64,000 nt of DNA from an uncultured delta proteobacterium (lineage in GTDB: Bacteria > Myxococcota_A > Polyangia > Fen-1088), in contig CAWCMR010000011.1 in assembly GCA_963796685.1 (NCBI GenBank), forward strand, positions 160,001 through 224,000. The letters are read 5' to 3'. Made by a program: the position numbers and the translations under genes. Below the pieces are notes generated by a model. It saw nothing but the letters and a program-made list of their open reading frames with translations. It was not told the DNA's origin and made no database searches. Shown here in pieces: positions 61,793 to 64,000 of the stretch. Position 1 is the first letter of the stretch, and every line of letters starts with the position of its first letter.

Positions 61793-61927
61793 TCGTCACG
61801 AGGTGGCAGCCGGGACCATCTCGTATCCGGTACCGGCGACCGAGCAAAATACCGGTGGGCCGATGAGTGTGCGTCGTGGCGGCCGTCTGAGCTCCGAACG
61901 AATCGATCCAAGCCGAATGGAGGTCCC

Positions 61928-62344
61928 ATGGACTGGAAACTGGAGCTCGTCGTCGTCCCCGTGGCCGATCAGGACCGGGCCAAGGCCTTCTACACCGAGA
62001 AGGCCGGGTTCGATTTGCACGTAGACCATCGGGCCGGCGATTTCCGGGTCGTCCAAGTGACGCCGCCTGGTTCGCCCTGCTCGATCGCCCTCATGAAGAA
62101 TCCCGAAGCGGCGGGCTCGGTCCAGGGCCTCCATCTCGTTGTCTCCGATATCGACGCCGCCCATGCCTCCCTGGTGGAACGGGGAGTCGCCGTGAGCGAG
62201 CTGTTCCACTTCGAAGAAGGACTACAGGTCTCCGGCCCGGATCCACAACGCGCCGACTACGACACGTTCTGCGCTTTCAGCGATCCCGACGGCACTGGCT
62301 GGATGGTCCAGGAGGTCGGAAGGATCAAGGCGACGGAGCGGTGA
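61928..62344 (+). CDS. VOC/glyoxalase family protein
   Basis: MDWKLELVVVPVADQDRAKAFY, TPPGSPCSI, FSDPDGTGWMVQE; RBS ggagg. Confidence 0.88.
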   Translation: MDWKLELVVVPVADQDRAKAFYTEKAGFDLHVDHRAGDFRVVQVTPPGSPCSIALMKNPEAAGSVQGLHLVVSDIDAAHASLVERGVAVSELFHFEEGLQVSGPDPQRADYDTFCAFSDPDGTGWMVQEVGRIKATER

Positions 62345-62409
62345 GATCCCTGGGGCGGCGGTGACGCATCCCGCCATGCCGGTACAATCCGAGCAATGGG
62401 TGTGACTCC

Positions 62410-62909
62410 ATGACCACGCATGGAAGCGACATCGACCGGACCGCGGAATGGGAGTCGCTGAAGGCCCGGCACCTCCGGCCCCTGGGCGACCGGCCGGCTT
62501 CCTCGGCACGGGGTCTGCATCACTTCGCCGTGCTCTGCAGCGACGTCGAACGAACCATCGCGTTCTTCCAGGGCCTCCTCGAGTTTCCCCTGGTCGAACT
62601 GTTCGAGAACCGGGACTACCGGGGATCGACCCACTTCTTCTTCGATGTCGGCAACGGCAACTATCTGGCGTACTTCGACTTCCCCGGCCTCGAGCTGGGG
62701 GAATACCGTGAGGTGCTCGGGGGCCTCCATCACATCGCCATCTCCGTCAGTCCCGATCAGTGGGAGCGCCTCGTGGCGAAGCTCGAAGCGGCCGGCGTCG
62801 ACACGTTCATCGTGGACGGCACCTCGGTCTACTTCCGGGGCCCGATGGCGAACGTCTCGAGCTGCTCTCGTACCCCCTCAACGACATGTACGGGACAGTC
62901 GTCGGATGA
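62410..62909 (+). CDS. VOC family protein, frameshift near 62842
   Basis: GLHHFAV, ENRDYRGSTHFFFDVG, LHHIAI, SVYFRGP, then DGERLELL...G* in the shifted frame. Confidence 0.75.
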
Positions 62910-62970
62910 TTCGGTCATAGCTTCGGAAGAGGCGGTTGCGAGCCTCTCCGGGCGATGCAAGAGTGCCGAC

Positions 62971-63701
62971 GTGCCGAAGAACTACTTCGACGGACCGATA
63001 GCAGCCGAGTATGACGCGACCTCGTCCGCCATGTTCGATCCGCGGTGTCGACGCAACGGTCGCCGTGCTGGCGGAGCTGGCCGGGACGGGAGCGGCGCTC
63101 GAGTTCGGCATCGGCACCGGCCGGATCGCGATCCCCTCAGCCGACGTGGCGTCCGCGTGCACGGGATCGATCTCTCGCCGCGCCATGGTGGCGCAGCTGC
63201 TGGCGAAACCTGGCGCCCACGAGATCGGCGTGACGATCGGCGACTTCGCCACCACCCGGGTGGCCGGCACCTTCACGCTCGCGTATCTCGTCTACAACAC
63301 GATCATGAACGTCACCTCACAAGCCGAACAGGTCGAGTGCTTCCACAACGTCGCGGCACATCTCGAACCGGGCGGTAACTTCGTGATCGAGGTCGGCGTC
63401 CCTGATCTCCGCCGCCTACCACCGGGCAGACCGTTCAAGCGTTCTGCGTCAGTCCGACCCACGTGGGTTTCGACGAATACACCGACATCGTCGCGCAGAT
63501 CGTTACTCCCATCACTACTGGTTCGTCGACGATGAACTCGCAGTGTTCTCCGCGCCGTTCCGCTACGTGTGGCCGTCGGAGCTCGACCTCATGGCGCGCA
63601 TGGCGGGACTGACGCTGCGTGACCGCTGGAGCGACTGGGACCGCGACCCGTTCACGGGCGAGAGTCACACCCACGTCTCGGTCTGGGAGAAGGGGGCGTA
63701 G
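62971..63701 (+). CDS. Class I SAM-dependent methyltransferase with several frameshifts
   Basis: ALEFGIGTGRIA, YLVYNTIMN, HLEPGG.FVIE, PFRYVWPSELDLMAR and HVSVWEK spread across frames. Confidence 0.72.
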
Positions 63702-64000
63702 CACTCAAGGTGCCAATCCCAAGTTCGGAGACATCACCCACGGCGTAGCCGGAATTGGACCGGGTGAGGAGGTGGATCTCTTGACATGCTCGCTCGCCGG
63801 GTCCAAGGTTCAAAAATCGTCGCCGTCATGGGAGAGCCACCAACCAGTTCGATGGAGGAAATCATGAGTTCCACTGCCAGCTTGATCACGCTTCTTGCCT
63901 CCGTCGCATTCGGCCTGGTCGTGTTCGCCGTGATGGCCAGGCTCGGACCGCGAACGCCCTCTTGATGGGGCGCCCGAGGCGCCGATCTGGCCCATGGTGG

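Overview
High-GC bacterial DNA. Positions 1 to ~56.9 kb look like Myxococcota/Polyangia (Gly/Ser-linker lipoproteins, Cys-rich lipoproteins, a MYXO-CTERM-like tail, an ECF sigma/anti-sigma/caspase module). After an abrupt break inside cytochrome c oxidase subunit I at ~56885 the genes look actinobacterial and carry many frameshifts, so the assembly may be chimeric. Housekeeping-type content: pqqABCDE, putative 6S RNA-ygfA-rny, pfkA, a CdaA-YbbR diadenylate cyclase and a Rieske/cytochrome b-c plus oxidase cluster. Best candidate for an undescribed system: a tightly coupled four-gene operon (1206-6926, minus strand) encoding a MORC-like GHKL ATPase fused to a histidine kinase, a receiver-domain protein with a large unknown C-terminus, a 241-aa HxH-motif unknown protein and an N6-adenine DNA methyltransferase, with no recognisable restriction endonuclease. 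A second defence-like locus (40159-43914) has vsr, an internally deleted endonuclease, a C5 methyltransferase and a DUF4160-DUF2442-degenerate PaeR7I operon. Non-coding structure includes a double-hairpin insertion splitting a gene, a 42-bp degenerate array, a REP doublet present both empty and filled with a DUF1398 cassette, an internally deleted IS5-like element and a consensus sigma54 promoter. All family assignments are from motif recognition by eye; no searches were run.
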